From an uncultured Actinomycetota bacterium (GTDB lineage Bacteria; Actinomycetota; Actinomycetes; Mycobacteriales; Jatrophihabitantaceae), in NCBI GenBank assembly GCA_963839175.1, contig CAWIUB010000012.1, forward strand, positions 10,105-42,104: a stretch of DNA of 32,000 nucleotides, written 5' to 3'. Made by a program: the position numbers and the translations under genes. Positions 15,623-27,381 of the stretch are shown here, in pieces (the first letter of the stretch is position 1; the number at the start of each line of letters is the position of its first letter). The notes under the pieces were generated by a model. It worked only from the letters and a program-made list of their open reading frames with translations. It did no database searches and was not told where the DNA came from.

Positions 15623-16020
15623 TGATTCGCCAGCTGCTGGCTGTGCCCGCGGAACTCGGCGACCACATCCGTGCCGCGTCGAACAGTGACGTCGTAGACG
15701 CCGCGTCGTCCGTAGCGGGTGCGCAACACCGCCTCGGCCAGCAGCTCGTCGCCGAGCCGGGCCGCCGAGACGAAGGTGATCTCGGCGCTGGCCGCGACGG
15801 TAGCCGGGCCGGCGCTGTTGCATGCACACGCGAATGCGGTGTCGGCCAGCGCGAAGACGATTCCCCCATGTGCGATGGCGTGCCCGTTGACCATGTCCGG
15901 TCGCACTCGCAGCCGGGCGACGGCGCGGTTGTCGTCTGCCTCGACGAGCTCGATGCCGAGTGCGGCCGACGCTCGGTCGGCCGCCAGCATGGCCTGCACA
16001 CTGTCTGGTCTCTCAACCAC
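15619..16020 (-). CDS. paaI: PaaI-type hotdog-fold acyl-CoA thioesterase
   Basis: VNGHAIAHGGIVFALADTAFACACN, 133 aa, adjacent to paaABCDE. Confidence 0.8.
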   Translation of the reverse strand: MVERPDSVQAMLAADRASAALGIELVEADDNRAVARLRVRPDMVNGHAIAHGGIVFALADTAFACACNSAGPATVAASAEITFVSAARLGDELLAEAVLRTRYGRRGVYDVTVRRGTDVVAEFRGHSQQLANQ

Positions 16021-16030
16021 GCACCGAATA

Positions 16031-16050
16031 TACTGAATGATCGGTCAGTA
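16031..16050. promoter_or_regulatory. inverted repeat TACTGA-N8-TCAGTA in the 41-44 bp paaI/paaA divergent spacer (candidate PaaR operator and promoter region)
   Basis: Read directly: tactgaatgatcggtcagta inside the only AT-rich stretch between the two divergent starts. The right half CGGTCAGT resembles the PaaR half-site I recall from Corynebacterium (unverified). Confidence 0.4.
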
Positions 16051-16064
16051 ATACAGGAGGCGTG

Positions 16065-17027
16065 ATGGTGACCGCACGACTCGATCTGCAAACGCACTTC
16101 GACGACGCGATGGAGCACAACCATCGCATCGAGCCGCGTGACTGGATGCCGGACGGATACCGCCAGACGCTGATCCGGCAGATTGCGCAGCACGCGCACT
16201 CCGAGATCATCGGCATGCAGCCGGAGGGCCAGTGGATCACTCGCGCACCGTCCCTGCGGCGTAAGGCGATTCTGCTGGCCAAGGTGCAGGACGAGGCCGG
16301 GCACGGCATGTACCTCTACTCGGCGACCGAGACGCTCGGGGCCGATCGGGCCGACCTCACCCAGCGCCTCCTGGATGGCAAGCAGAAGTACTCGTCGATC
16401 TTCAACTACCCGACCTTGACCTACGCCGATGTTGGTGTGATCGGATGGCTGGTCGACGGTGCGGCGATCTGCAACCAGGTGCCGCTATGCCGCAGCTCCT
16501 ACGGGCCGTACGCGCGGGCGATGATCCGCATCTGCAAAGAGGAGTCCTTCCACCAGCGGCAGGGTTACGAGCTGCTCATGACCATGATGCGCGGCACCGC
16601 CACTCAGCGGGAGATGGTGCAGGACGCGACGGATCGGTGGTGGTGGCCGTCGCTGATGATGTTCGGTCCGCCGGACGCGAACTCGCCGAACACCGTGCAG
16701 TCCATGGCGTGGGGCATCAAGCGGCACACCAACGACGAGCTGCGCCAGCGCTTCGTCGACATGACCGTGCCGCAGGCCGAGGCGCTCAGGGTGACATTGC
16801 CGGACCCGGAGCTGCGATGGAACGACGGCCGCGGCCACTACGACTTCGGTTCCGTCGACTGGGACGAGTTCAAGCGCGTGGTGTCCGGGAACGGTCCATG
16901 CAACGCAGAGCGAATCGCCAACCGCCGCAAGGCACACGACGACGGAGCATGGGTGCGCGAGGCCGCCCTCGCGTACGCGGCCAAGACTGCGTCCACTCCG
17001 ACTTGTTCGACCGGGGGCGCGCCATGA
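16065..17027 (+). CDS. paaA: 1,2-phenylacetyl-CoA epoxidase subunit A
   Basis: Di-iron ferritin-like subunit: [37 protein letters not shown] at 16055-16060; candidate starts are GTG 16062, ATG 16065 and GTG 16068. Confidence 0.9.
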   Translation: MVTARLDLQTHFDDAMEHNHRIEPRDWMPDGYRQTLIRQIAQHAHSEIIGMQPEGQWITRAPSLRRKAILLAKVQDEAGHGMYLYSATETLGADRADLTQRLLDGKQKYSSIFNYPTLTYADVGVIGWLVDGAAICNQVPLCRSSYGPYARAMIRICKEESFHQRQGYELLMTMMRGTATQREMVQDATDRWWWPSLMMFGPPDANSPNTVQSMAWGIKRHTNDELRQRFVDMTVPQAEALRVTLPDPELRWNDGRGHYDFGSVDWDEFKRVVSGNGPCNAERIANRRKAHDDGAWVREAALAYAAKTASTPTCSTGGAP

Positions 17028-17356
17028 CACGCGCACGGTCGAACAAGTCGGAGTACGGAGAGTCGGAGTACGGGAAGGCGGAATGGCCACTGTTCGAGGT
17101 GTTCCTGCGGGGCAAGCGCGGGCTGAACCACGTGCACGTTGGTTCCTTGCATGCGTCCGACGCGACGATGGCGCTGCGGCACGCCCGCGATCTCTACACC
17201 CGGCGAAACGAGGGCGTAAGCATCTGGGTCGTGAATACCGCCGATATCACGGCTTCGAGTCCGGACGAGAAGGATCCGTTCTTCGCGCCGAGCGGGGACA
17301 AGGTCTATCGGCATCCGACCTTCTACGCCATCCCCGACAACGTGCCGCACATGTGA
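17024..17356 (+). CDS. paaB: 1,2-phenylacetyl-CoA epoxidase subunit B
   Basis: [24 protein letters not shown]...[20 protein letters not shown] 17024 overlaps the paaA TGA (ATGA). Confidence 0.9.
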   Translation: MTRARSNKSEYGESEYGKAEWPLFEVFLRGKRGLNHVHVGSLHASDATMALRHARDLYTRRNEGVSIWVVNTADITASSPDEKDPFFAPSGDKVYRHPTFYAIPDNVPHM

Positions 17357-18228
17357 TGGGCTTCGACAACGCCTACGAGGCGATCATCGAGGACAATGAC
17401 GAACTGCGGTGGGCGTTCGGCACCGGCTTCGACGACCCGCTCAGCGGCATCGACGCCGTGCCGCCCGATGGTGTCGACGGCGATGATCTCGCCGCGTACT
17501 GCCTGATGCTCGGCGACGACGCCCTGGTCATGTCGCATCGGCTGCAGGAGTGGGTGGCGCGCGCACCGGAGCTGGAGGAGGAGACCGCGCTGGCCAACAT
17601 CGGGCTCGACCTGCTCGGCCAGGCCCGCCTGCTGCTCACCCGAGCCGGCCAGGTCGATGGCAGCGGACGCAGCGAGGACGACTACGCGTTCGGCCGCGAT
17701 GTTGCCCAGTTCCGCAACGTCCGGCTCGTCGAGGGCTCGGACGCCGACTTCGGCACGCTGACGGTGCGGCTGCTCGTCTTCGCCGCGTGGCGGCTGGCGT
17801 TGCTCGACCGGCTGCGTGGCTTTCGCGACCAGATGCTGGCGGCGATCGCCGAAAAGGGCGTCAAGGAACTGACCTACCACCGCGACTACGCCGCGCAGTG
17901 GGTCGTCCGGCTGGGCGACGGCACACCCCTGTCGCATGAGCGCGCGCAGGGCGGTGTCGACGCCGTCGAGTCGTTCGTCGCCGAGCTGTTCGAGCCGACC
18001 GACGTGGAGCGCCGGCTGGCCGCGGACGGGGTAGCGGTCGACCCGGCAGCCCTGCGAGGCGAGGTCGAGGGCGTGCTGCACCAGGTACTGGCCACGGCGA
18101 CGCTGCACCGGCCCGCGCACATCACCTCAGATCGCTCCGGACGCGACGGGCCCCGTACCGAGGCGATGACCGCGCTCGTGGCCGAACTGCAGAGCGTGGC
18201 CCGCGCACACCCGGGAGCGACGTGGTGA
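17356..18228 (+). CDS. paaC: 1,2-phenylacetyl-CoA epoxidase subunit C
   Basis: Position and PaaC-like sequence (LGDDALVMSHRLQEWVARAPELEEETALANIGLDLLGQARLL). ATG 17356 overlaps the paaB stop by 1 nt. GTG 17353 is an alternative start. Confidence 0.85.
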   Translation: MGFDNAYEAIIEDNDELRWAFGTGFDDPLSGIDAVPPDGVDGDDLAAYCLMLGDDALVMSHRLQEWVARAPELEEETALANIGLDLLGQARLLLTRAGQVDGSGRSEDDYAFGRDVAQFRNVRLVEGSDADFGTLTVRLLVFAAWRLALLDRLRGFRDQMLAAIAEKGVKELTYHRDYAAQWVVRLGDGTPLSHERAQGGVDAVESFVAELFEPTDVERRLAADGVAVDPAALRGEVEGVLHQVLATATLHRPAHITSDRSGRDGPRTEAMTALVAELQSVARAHPGATW

Positions 18229-18713
18229 CTGACCTTGCGCAGCTCGTCGCCGACGTGCCCGATCCCGAGCTCCCGGTGGTGACGATCGGCGACCTGGGGA
18301 TCTTGCGTGGGGTCGAGGTCGGCGATGGCCGGGTGCGCGTGACGATCACCCCGACCTACTCGGGCTGCCCGGCCTTGTCACAGATCGCTCACGACGTCGG
18401 GCTGCGCCTGAAACGCAGCGGCTGCCAGGACGTCGAAGTGCGCACGGTGCTGACCCCGCCATGGACCACCGACTGGATCACCGACGCGGGACGGCGCAAG
18501 CTCGCCGCCGCGGGTGTCGCGCCGCCGCTCCCGGCACCGGCGCGTTCGGGGCCCGTGCCGATCACCCTCGGCCCGACCGCTCGCGTGGTGCGCTGCCCCC
18601 GCTGCGGTTCGGCGGCGACCGAGCTGCGTTCCGCATTCGGCGCGACGGCCTGCAAGGCGCTGTACCGGTGCCGTGCGTGCGCCGAGCCGTTCGAGTACGT
18701 CAAGGAGATATGA
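18222..18713 (+). CDS. paaD: phenylacetate-CoA oxygenase subunit PaaD
   Basis: DUF59-like N-domain (VPDPELPVVTIGDLGILRGVEV...ITPTYSGCPA) and a C-terminal Cys4 motif (CPRCGS...CRAC). Confidence 0.85.
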   Translation: MVTDLAQLVADVPDPELPVVTIGDLGILRGVEVGDGRVRVTITPTYSGCPALSQIAHDVGLRLKRSGCQDVEVRTVLTPPWTTDWITDAGRRKLAAAGVAPPLPAPARSGPVPITLGPTARVVRCPRCGSAATELRSAFGATACKALYRCRACAEPFEYVKEI

Positions 18714-19789
18714 GCGTGACGAGCGTGCTGCGCCGCTCCGAGTTCCGGCGGCTGACCGTTGCACAAAAAGACCAGCTCTGCGAAGACGCCGTCGCGATCA
18801 CCTTCGACGTGCCGGCGGACGTCGCGCCGGAATTCCACTTCCGGGCAGGGCAATGGCTGACCGTTCGGCGATTCATAGACGGACGCGACGAGCGGCGCAG
18901 CTACTCGATCTGTGCGCCAGAAGGGGCGCCCGCCCGCATCGGAGTGCGCGAGGTGCCCGACGGCGCGGTCTCCAGCTGGCTGGTGCACGACATTGGGCCC
19001 GGCGACCAGATCGAGGTCCAGCCGCCGTCCGGAACGTTCACCGCCGACCTGACGCAGCCGGGCCACCAGGTGCTGATCGCCGCCGGGTCCGGAATCACGC
19101 CGGTGCTCTCGATCGCCGCCTGCGTGCTGCGCAATCCGTTGTCCCGGGTCACTCTGCTGTACGGCAACCGGCGCACCGACTCGGTGATGTTCGCCGACGA
19201 GCTGGCCGACCTGAAGGATGCGCACCCCACCCGGCTGCAGCTCGTTCACGTGCTGTCCCGCGAGTCGCAGGAGGTCGAGCTGTTCAACGGCCGGCTGGAT
19301 GCGGCCCGGCTGGCCGCCCTGGTCCCGGTGTGTTGCGGTGACCCACGCACGGTCGAGCACTGGTGGCTCTGCGGCCCATACGGCATGACCATCGACGCGA
19401 TCACCTTGCTGCGCAATCTCGGCGTCGACCCGGCACGAATACACCGCGAACTGTTCTACGTCGAGGACACGCCCCCCGAGCAAGCTCAGCACATCGACGC
19501 ATCGCCGATCGGCGCGGCACAGGTGACTGTCGTGCTCGACGGCCGGTCGACAACCACCGCGGTCGGCCGCGACACCCCGATTCTCGACGGCGCCCAGGGG
19601 GTTCGGCCCGATCTGCCCTTCGCCTGCAAGGGCGGTGTGTGCGGTACCTGCCGGGCCAAGGTCGTCTGCGGCGAGGTCCGGATGCGCCGCAACTTCGCGC
19701 TCGAGGACAACGAAATCGACGAGGGCTACGTCCTCACCTGCCAATCGATTCCGGTGTCGGACGAGATCACCGTCGACTACGACGCCTGA
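18710..19789 (+). CDS. paaE: phenylacetate-CoA oxygenase reductase subunit PaaE (FNR domain + 2Fe-2S)
   Basis: RRSYSIC (RxYS), VLIAAGSGITPVLSI, C-terminal plant-type ferredoxin CKGGVCGTCRAKV...LTC. ATG 18710 overlaps the paaD TGA (ATGA). Confidence 0.9.
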   Translation: MSVTSVLRRSEFRRLTVAQKDQLCEDAVAITFDVPADVAPEFHFRAGQWLTVRRFIDGRDERRSYSICAPEGAPARIGVREVPDGAVSSWLVHDIGPGDQIEVQPPSGTFTADLTQPGHQVLIAAGSGITPVLSIAACVLRNPLSRVTLLYGNRRTDSVMFADELADLKDAHPTRLQLVHVLSRESQEVELFNGRLDAARLAALVPVCCGDPRTVEHWWLCGPYGMTIDAITLLRNLGVDPARIHRELFYVEDTPPEQAQHIDASPIGAAQVTVVLDGRSTTTAVGRDTPILDGAQGVRPDLPFACKGGVCGTCRAKVVCGEVRMRRNFALEDNEIDEGYVLTCQSIPVSDEITVDYDA

Positions 19790-19808
19790 CCCGCCCTATC
19801 GTCGTTCC

Positions 19809-20503
19809 ATGAGAGCCGTCAGCTACGCGAGCGGCTCCTCAGAACTACCCCTGCTCGGTGAGACGATCGGCGACAACTTCGACCGGACGGTAGCGGCGTA
19901 CAGCGATCGTGACGCGCTGGTCGACTGCCCCACCGGTCGACTTACGGCGAGCTGGCTCGCGACGTCGACCTGCTCGCCCTCGGCCTGCTCGCGTCCGGGG
20001 CCGACAAAGGCGACCGGGTGGGTATCTGGGCCCCGAACGTGCCGGAGTGGACGCAGGTCCAGTACGCCACGGCGATGAACGGGGCCATTCTCGTCAACAT
20101 CAACCCGGCATATCGGGTGCATGAACTCGAGTACGTCCTTACCCAGTCCGGCGTGCGGGCGCTGGTGGCGGTGCCGCAATTCAAGGCGTCCGATGACGCG
20201 GCGATGATCGTCGAGGTCCGGCCAAGGTGCCTGAACGACCCGGACTTCGCGTCGTTCGACCTGTCGAGCCTGCGCACGGGCATCATGGCAGACTCGCCGT
20301 GCCCGGTGGAGGTGATGAAGCAGGTCATCGACCGGATGGGCATGCCCGACGTGACGATCTGCTATGGCATGACCGAGACGTCGCCCGCGTCGTGGCAGAC
20401 GCGCGTCGACGACACACTCGACCAGCGCACGGCAACCGTCGGCCGGGTGCACCCGCACCTCGAGATGGGCGAACGGTCCGTCGAGCTGCTCGGCCTGCGC
20501 TAA
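19809..20503 (+). pseudogene. decayed AMP-dependent acyl-CoA synthetase/ligase relic
   Basis: Ligase N-terminus ([41 protein letters not shown]), then a frame switch near 19944-19946 into the frame of track ORF 20018..20503 ([36 protein letters not shown]). The TSGTTGxPKG P-loop region is missing (junction about 20230). Homology is lost after HPHLE (about 20465). Confidence 0.75.
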
Positions 20504-21619
20504 TCAGCTCGGCGGCCGTGCTGCGAGGTCCGCGCACTGCCGGTCACGTTCCCACTCGGCGTTGATGCGCGCGGCGTCGGCACCGGTCGCCGGAACAGGT
20601 ACCCCGGCGTCGTCCAGGTGGGCGGGCGCGAAGCTTGCCGCCGTTACCTTTGATCCGCTGAACGTCAGCGTCAGCACGCCGTTGTCGTCCTGCTCGTTGC
20701 CGAACGAGCGCCACCACAGGTAGTTGGACAGCCCATAGGCGACGTATGCGCCGTCTGGGCGCCAGCCGGCGCCCTGCAACAGGTGAGCGTGCGTACCGAC
20801 GACCGCGCTGGCGCCGGCGGCCACCAGGGTCTGCTGCAAGCTCCGCTGGTCGGCGTTCGGGCAGCTGGTGTACTCGGTGCCCCAGTGGATGTAGACGACC
20901 ACCAGGTACCCGGCGGCCTTGGCCGCACGCACCCCTTGCACCAGCTCATTGGAGTAGGCGTTCGCGATGCCCGCGGAATTCGGACCAGCGGTGAAGTGGG
21001 CGAGTGTCTCGTCCAGCACCTGGCTGGCCGCAAGCACGGCGATACGCACGCCGTTGACGGTCGTCGTGTAGGGCGCGTAGGCCTGGCTGGCATTGGCCCC
21101 GATTCCGACGACCGGGAAGCGTGACGCGGCGATCGCCGTGAGCGTCTGTTGCAGGCCAGCCGCACCGTAGTCGGCGCCGTGGTTGTTGGCCATCGTCGCG
21201 ATGTCGACGCCCGCGGCCCGCAGCGCGGTCAGCGCGCTCGGCGGCGCCTGGAAGGTGAACGATTTGATCTCCGGCCGCCCGCCCATGGCGATCGCCGTCT
21301 CGAGGTTGACCATGGCCAGGTCGGCCTTGCTCAACTGTGCGGTGGCCACGCCAAAGGTGGTCGACGGGCCCTGGGCGAGCCGGGCGGCGGTGCGTTCGGC
21401 GAAGTTGACGTCCCCCGCGAATGCGAAGGTGAACCGGCCGGATGGCCGAGCCGGGGTGGTCGGCGGCGACGGCTGGGTGGTCGCTGACGCTGGTGTCCGG
21501 CTCGCTGCCGTCGGCGGTACGGCGCCGGGTGTTCCGTGCGAGGTGACGATTTGCGCGCACGCGGCGAGTGTGCACGCCGCGACGGCGGAGGCTGCAACGA
21601 GCGGGCGGCGCGGCTTCAT
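20504..21619 (-). CDS. CapA-family (PGA_cap) metallophosphatase-like lipoprotein
   Basis: Signal peptide with lipobox TLAAC. FAFAGDVNF, MANNHGADYG, VVYIHWGTEY, VVGTHAHLLQG. Start taken at ATG 21619; the track start at 21640 is also possible. Confidence 0.8.
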   Translation of the reverse strand: MKPRRPLVAASAVAACTLAACAQIVTSHGTPGAVPPTAASRTPASATTQPSPPTTPARPSGRFTFAFAGDVNFAERTAARLAQGPSTTFGVATAQLSKADLAMVNLETAIAMGGRPEIKSFTFQAPPSALTALRAAGVDIATMANNHGADYGAAGLQQTLTAIAASRFPVVGIGANASQAYAPYTTTVNGVRIAVLAASQVLDETLAHFTAGPNSAGIANAYSNELVQGVRAAKAAGYLVVVYIHWGTEYTSCPNADQRSLQQTLVAAGASAVVGTHAHLLQGAGWRPDGAYVAYGLSNYLWWRSFGNEQDDNGVLTLTFSGSKVTAASFAPAHLDDAGVPVPATGADAARINAEWERDRQCADLAARPPS

Positions 21620-21678
21620 GGCGGGACTATCGGACCACATCCGGTTCTGTGCCGGACAGTGGGTGCCAGACTGACGTC

Positions 21679-22083
21679 ATGGCGGAGCCGCTGACCACCG
21701 ACCGCAACGTCCTGGGCGGTGAACTGGAAGTCTGTGGCACCGACCCGGTGACTGGCTTCTACCGTGACGGCTGCTGCGCCACCGGACCGGAGGACCTCGG
21801 CAGCCATACCGTCTGCGCGGTCGTCACCACCGAATTCCTTGCCCACCAACGGGAGGTCGGCAATGATCTGATCAGCCCGCGCCCGGAGTACCAGTTCGCG
21901 GGGCTGCATCCCGGCGACCGATGGTGCGTCGTCGCGGCGCGTTGGCTGCAGGCCTACCACGCAGGTGTCGCCGCCCCGGTGGTGCTCGCGGCGACGCATG
22001 AGCGCACGCTCGACATCGTCCCGTTCGAGGCGCTGCGTGAGCACGCTGTCGACGTCCCGGCCGATCCCAGCTCGCTCGGATAA
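21679..22083 (+). CDS. DUF2237-family protein
   Basis: [45 protein letters not shown]...GNDL...[12 protein letters not shown] matches my recollection of DUF2237. Start trimmed to ATG 21679. Confidence 0.7.
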   Translation: MAEPLTTDRNVLGGELEVCGTDPVTGFYRDGCCATGPEDLGSHTVCAVVTTEFLAHQREVGNDLISPRPEYQFAGLHPGDRWCVVAARWLQAYHAGVAAPVVLAATHERTLDIVPFEALREHAVDVPADPSSLG

Positions 22084-22150
22084 GTCTTCGGACCGCTCTG
22101 CGTACCCCACTAGCATCGACTGGTCTGGTTCGTCCGAGCGAGGAGTTCTC

Positions 22151-24178
22151 GTGTCCGCCATCTCGTCCGCTGTGCGCGCATCGAGGGTGAAGGTGGCGGC
22201 GGGTACGACGGCAGCCGACGCGCTGCGTGAAGCGAAGGCAGACGAGGGCGTCGTGGTCGTTCGAGACTCCGACGGCACTTTGCGCGACCTCGCCTGGTCG
22301 CCGGACGTGGACGCCGAGGTCGAACCGGTCGCCGTCGACTCGGCTGACGGGCTGGCCGTGCTGCGCCATTCGACGGCGCACGTCATGGCGCAGGCGGTGC
22401 AGGAGCTCTTCCCGGGCACCCGGCTCGGCATCGGCCCGCCGATCGAGAACGGCTTCTACTACGACTTCCTGCCCGATCGTCCGTTCACGCCTGAGGATCT
22501 GGCATCGATCGAAAAGAAGATCGCCGAGATCGTGAAGGCTGGGCAGCGGTTCGCCCGCCGGCCGATCACGGATGATGAAGCCCGTTTCGAGCTGCGTGAC
22601 GAGCCCTTCAAGCTGGAGCTCGTCGGACTGAAGGGTGCCGCGACCGACGAGGCCAGCGTGGAGGTCGGCGCCGGCGGTCTCACCATGTACGACAACCTCG
22701 ACGCCCGCACTGGCGAACGGGTCTGGACCGACCTGTGCCGCGGCCCGCATCTGCCGACGACTCGCCGGATTCCCGCGTTCAAGTTGATGCGCTCCGCGGC
22801 GGCGTACTGGCGGGGCAGCGAGCAGAACCCGCAGCTGCAACGAATCTACGGCACAGCCTGGGCGACTCGGGACGACCTCAAGGCGTATCTGCAGCAGCTT
22901 GACGAGGCGGCGAAACGCGATCACCGCAAGCTCGGCGCCGAGCTCGACCTGTTCAGCTTCCCGGACGAGATCGGCTCCGGGCTTGCCGTCTTCCACCCAA
23001 AGGGGGGCGTGCTGCGCAAGGAGATGGAGGGATATTCGCGGCGGCGGCACGAAGAGGCCGGGTACGAGTTCGTCTACTCGCCGCATATCACCAAGTCGCA
23101 CCTGTTCGAGATCTCGGGACACCTGCAATGGTTCGCCGAGGGCATGTACCCGCCGATGCACGTCGATGCCGAGTACGGCCCGGGCGGCGAGCTGCGCAAG
23201 CCGGGGCAGGACTACTACCTCAAGCCGATGAACTGCCCATTTCACTGCCTGATCTTCCGCTCGCGCGGACGCTCCTATCGCGAGCTACCGTTGCGGCTGT
23301 TCGAGTTCGGCACGGTCTACCGGTACGAGAAGTCCGGTGTCGTCCACGGCCTTACCCGGGTTCGTGGCCTGACAATGGACGACGCGCACATCTACTGCAC
23401 CCGGGAGCAGATGCGCGACGAGCTAGCGTCGCTGCTCACCTTCGTGCTTGACCTGTTGCGCGACTACGGGCTCGACGACTTCTACCTCGAGCTGTCGACC
23501 AAGGACCCCGATAAGAACGTCGGCACTGACGAGGATTGGCAGGTGGCCACGGACACGCTCGCGGAAGTGGCGACCGCCTCGGGTCTGGAACTCGTCCCCG
23601 ATCCGGGTGGCGCGGCGTTCTACGGGCCGAAGATCTCCGTCCAGGCGCGTGACGCGATCGGCCGCACCTGGCAGATGTCGACGATCCAGCTGGATTTCAA
23701 CATGCCGGAGCGGTTCGAGCTGGAGTACCAGGGTGCCGATGGCGAACGGCATCGTCCGGTGATGATCCACCGCGCACTCTTCGGATCGATCGAACGTTTC
23801 GTGGGCGTGCTCACCGAGCACTACGCGGGCGCATTCCCGGCCTGGCTGTCGCCCGTGCAGGTCGTCGCGATTCCGGTTACGGACGCGCAGGTGGACTATC
23901 TGCAAGCCGTCGCCGGCCGGCTGCGTGACGAGGGCGTGCGCGCCGAGGTCGGCGACTCGGCCGACCGCATGCAGAAGAAGATCCGCACCGCGCAGCGCGC
24001 CAAGGTGCCGTTCATGCTCATCGCGGGCGCCACGGATGTCGAGGCGAACGCCGTCTCGTTTCGTTATCGCGATGGTGAGCAGCGCAACGGGGTCGACATC
24101 GAGCAGGCGGTCGGCGAGATCACCGACTTCATCGCCCGCCGCGTCAACGCCTCGCCTACGGCCGCCGACTTCTCGTGA
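22151..24178 (+). CDS. thrS: threonine--tRNA ligase
   Basis: TGS-like N-terminus, editing-domain [10 protein letters not shown], class II motifs [41 protein letters not shown], plus an anticodon-binding C-terminal part. GTG 22151 lies 5 nt after AGGAG. The track start at 21965 overlaps DUF2237. Confidence 0.95.
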   Translation: MSAISSAVRASRVKVAAGTTAADALREAKADEGVVVVRDSDGTLRDLAWSPDVDAEVEPVAVDSADGLAVLRHSTAHVMAQAVQELFPGTRLGIGPPIENGFYYDFLPDRPFTPEDLASIEKKIAEIVKAGQRFARRPITDDEARFELRDEPFKLELVGLKGAATDEASVEVGAGGLTMYDNLDARTGERVWTDLCRGPHLPTTRRIPAFKLMRSAAAYWRGSEQNPQLQRIYGTAWATRDDLKAYLQQLDEAAKRDHRKLGAELDLFSFPDEIGSGLAVFHPKGGVLRKEMEGYSRRRHEEAGYEFVYSPHITKSHLFEISGHLQWFAEGMYPPMHVDAEYGPGGELRKPGQDYYLKPMNCPFHCLIFRSRGRSYRELPLRLFEFGTVYRYEKSGVVHGLTRVRGLTMDDAHIYCTREQMRDELASLLTFVLDLLRDYGLDDFYLELSTKDPDKNVGTDEDWQVATDTLAEVATASGLELVPDPGGAAFYGPKISVQARDAIGRTWQMSTIQLDFNMPERFELEYQGADGERHRPVMIHRALFGSIERFVGVLTEHYAGAFPAWLSPVQVVAIPVTDAQVDYLQAVAGRLRDEGVRAEVGDSADRMQKKIRTAQRAKVPFMLIAGATDVEANAVSFRYRDGEQRNGVDIEQAVGEITDFIARRVNASPTAADFS

Positions 24179-24231
24179 CCGTGTACCCCGCCGGCCCTCT
24201 CACTGCGCTCCGGCGGTGTGTTCCCACCCCT

Positions 24232-24252
24232 CGAAATCGCTGCACGATTTCG
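24232..24252 (+). other. 8-bp perfect hairpin CGAAATCG-ctgca-CGATTTCG, 54 nt after the thrS stop
   Basis: Read directly. No U-tract. Possible thrS 3' element or a leader for the HIT gene. Confidence 0.25.
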
Positions 24253-24281
24253 CGGGGACCCCGGCGCTCGAAGGCCGGCTC

Positions 24282-24830
24282 ATGACCGGGCCCGAGCTGC
24301 GCCCCGCCAGCGACTACGCCGGCGAGGCTGACAACTTCGGCCGGCTGTGGACGCCGCACCGATTGGCCTACATCCAGGGGGCGGGAAAGCCTGGCCATGC
24401 CGACGAGGGCGGCGAGTGCCCGTTCTGCCGAGCGCCGAAACTCTCCGACGAGGACGGTCTCATCGTCGCGCGCAGCACCCTGGCGTATGCCGTGCTGAAT
24501 CTCTACCCGTACAACGCCGGGCATTTGATGACGGTGCCGTACCGGCATGTCGCCGACTACGTCGACCTCACGCCCGACGAGGTGGTTGAGGTCGCCGCGC
24601 TGACCCGCGCCGCGATCCGCACGCTGCGTGCGGTGTCCGGGCCGCACGGGTTCAACATCGGGATGAATCAGGGAACGGTGGCCGGGGCCGGCATCGCCGC
24701 GCACCTGCACCAGCACGTCGTGCCGCGGTGGGGTGGCGACACCAACTTCGTGCCGATCGTGGCGCACACCCGAGTGCTGCCACAGCTGCTGTCCGACACC
24801 CGCCGCCTGATCGCCGGGGCATGGTCATGA
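24282..24830 (+). CDS. HIT-family nucleotide phosphorylase/transferase (Rv2613c-like Ap4A phosphorylase type)
   Basis: ECPFCRAP, LNLYPYNAGHLMTVPYRH, histidine triad HLHQHVVPRW. thrS-HIT adjacency matches the mycobacterial order Rv2614c-Rv2613c. Confidence 0.85.
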   Translation: MTGPELRPASDYAGEADNFGRLWTPHRLAYIQGAGKPGHADEGGECPFCRAPKLSDEDGLIVARSTLAYAVLNLYPYNAGHLMTVPYRHVADYVDLTPDEVVEVAALTRAAIRTLRAVSGPHGFNIGMNQGTVAGAGIAAHLHQHVVPRWGGDTNFVPIVAHTRVLPQLLSDTRRLIAGAWS

Positions 24831-25906
24831 CCGTGCTGCACCTGCGCGGGGTATTCCTGCCGGACGAGGTCGAACGTGACGCCTGGATCGTTGACGGACG
24901 CTTGACCTTCGAGCGCTACGCCGGCGATGCGCAGACCCTCGCGTCCGGCGGCTGGGTGCTGCCGGGGTTCATCGACGCACACTGCCATGTCGGCCTTTCG
25001 CCGCACGGGCCCGTACCGGACGCCGAGGGCCAGGCAGCGCAGGCACTGGCAGATCGGGACGCCGGGGCGCTGCTGCTGCGCGATGCCGGGTCGCCCGTCG
25101 ACAACACCAGCGTGCAGCGCCGCGCCGACCTGCCCAGGCTGATCCGCGCCGGGCGGCACATCGCCCGCCCGCACCGCTACGTCCGGCATCTGGGCGTCGA
25201 GGTGGAGCCGGATGAGCTGGTTGCCGAGATCGAGCGGCAGGCGAAGCGCGGGGACGGCTGGGTCAAGCTGGCCGCAGACTGGATCGACCGCTCGGTTGGC
25301 GACATTGCTCCCGTCTGGCCGGACCACGTGCTCGACGACGCCATCGGGCGCGCCCACGAGCTGGGTGTGCGGGTGGCTGCGCACGTCTTCGGCGAGGACG
25401 CGCTGCCCGGCCTGATCGCAGCTGGGCTCGACTCGATCGAGCATGGAACGGGGCTGACCGGCGACTTGCTCGACGAGGTGGCACGCAAGCAGATCGCCGT
25501 CGTCCCCACCCTGATCAACATCGACAACTTTCCGACGTTCGCGAAGCACGGTGAGCAGAAGTTCCCCAGATACGCGGCGCACATGCGCGACCTCTACGCC
25601 AGCTCACGTGCCCGCGTGCGGGCGGCATGGGAGGCCGGCGTGCCGCTGTACACGGGCACGGATGCGGGAGGAACACTGCTGCACGGTCTGATTCGCGCCG
25701 AGATCCGCGCGCTGGCTGAGGCCGGGATTCCCGCGCGAGAGGTGATCGCCCAGGCCTCCTGGAAGGGACGGGACTGGCTCGGCCTGCCGGGGCTGGACGA
25801 GGGCGCTCCCGCCGATATCGTCGTCTTCGCCGGCGACCCCCGCGCCGACCTTGGCACGATCGATGCGCCGCGACGGATCGTGCTGCGTGGTGCGGTCGTC
25901 GGCTGA
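24821..25906 (+). CDS. amidohydrolase-superfamily metal-dependent hydrolase
   Basis: GFIDAHCHVG (HxH), AAHVFGE, IEHGT, GTDAG. ATG 24821. The alternative ATG 24827 would overlap the HIT TGA as ATGA. Confidence 0.8.
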   Translation: MVMTVLHLRGVFLPDEVERDAWIVDGRLTFERYAGDAQTLASGGWVLPGFIDAHCHVGLSPHGPVPDAEGQAAQALADRDAGALLLRDAGSPVDNTSVQRRADLPRLIRAGRHIARPHRYVRHLGVEVEPDELVAEIERQAKRGDGWVKLAADWIDRSVGDIAPVWPDHVLDDAIGRAHELGVRVAAHVFGEDALPGLIAAGLDSIEHGTGLTGDLLDEVARKQIAVVPTLINIDNFPTFAKHGEQKFPRYAAHMRDLYASSRARVRAAWEAGVPLYTGTDAGGTLLHGLIRAEIRALAEAGIPAREVIAQASWKGRDWLGLPGLDEGAPADIVVFAGDPRADLGTIDAPRRIVLRGAVVG

Positions 25907-25911
25907 GTACA

Positions 25912-27381
<1,470 letters not shown>

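Noticed and set aside
21965-22150. N-terminal extension of thrS (track start 21965). The same type of issue affects the TetR ORF (to 15829), the GH1 ORF (to 27642), the larE ORF (from 1984) and the hypC-linked ORF (to 12759).
   Set aside because: The extensions overlap neighbouring well-supported genes or lack family similarity. Internal starts with an SD or 4-nt coupling overlaps fit better.
22084-22150. Possible T-box or other leader upstream of thrS
   Set aside because: The spacer is only 67 nt, too short for a T-box, and I found no specifier or T-box consensus.
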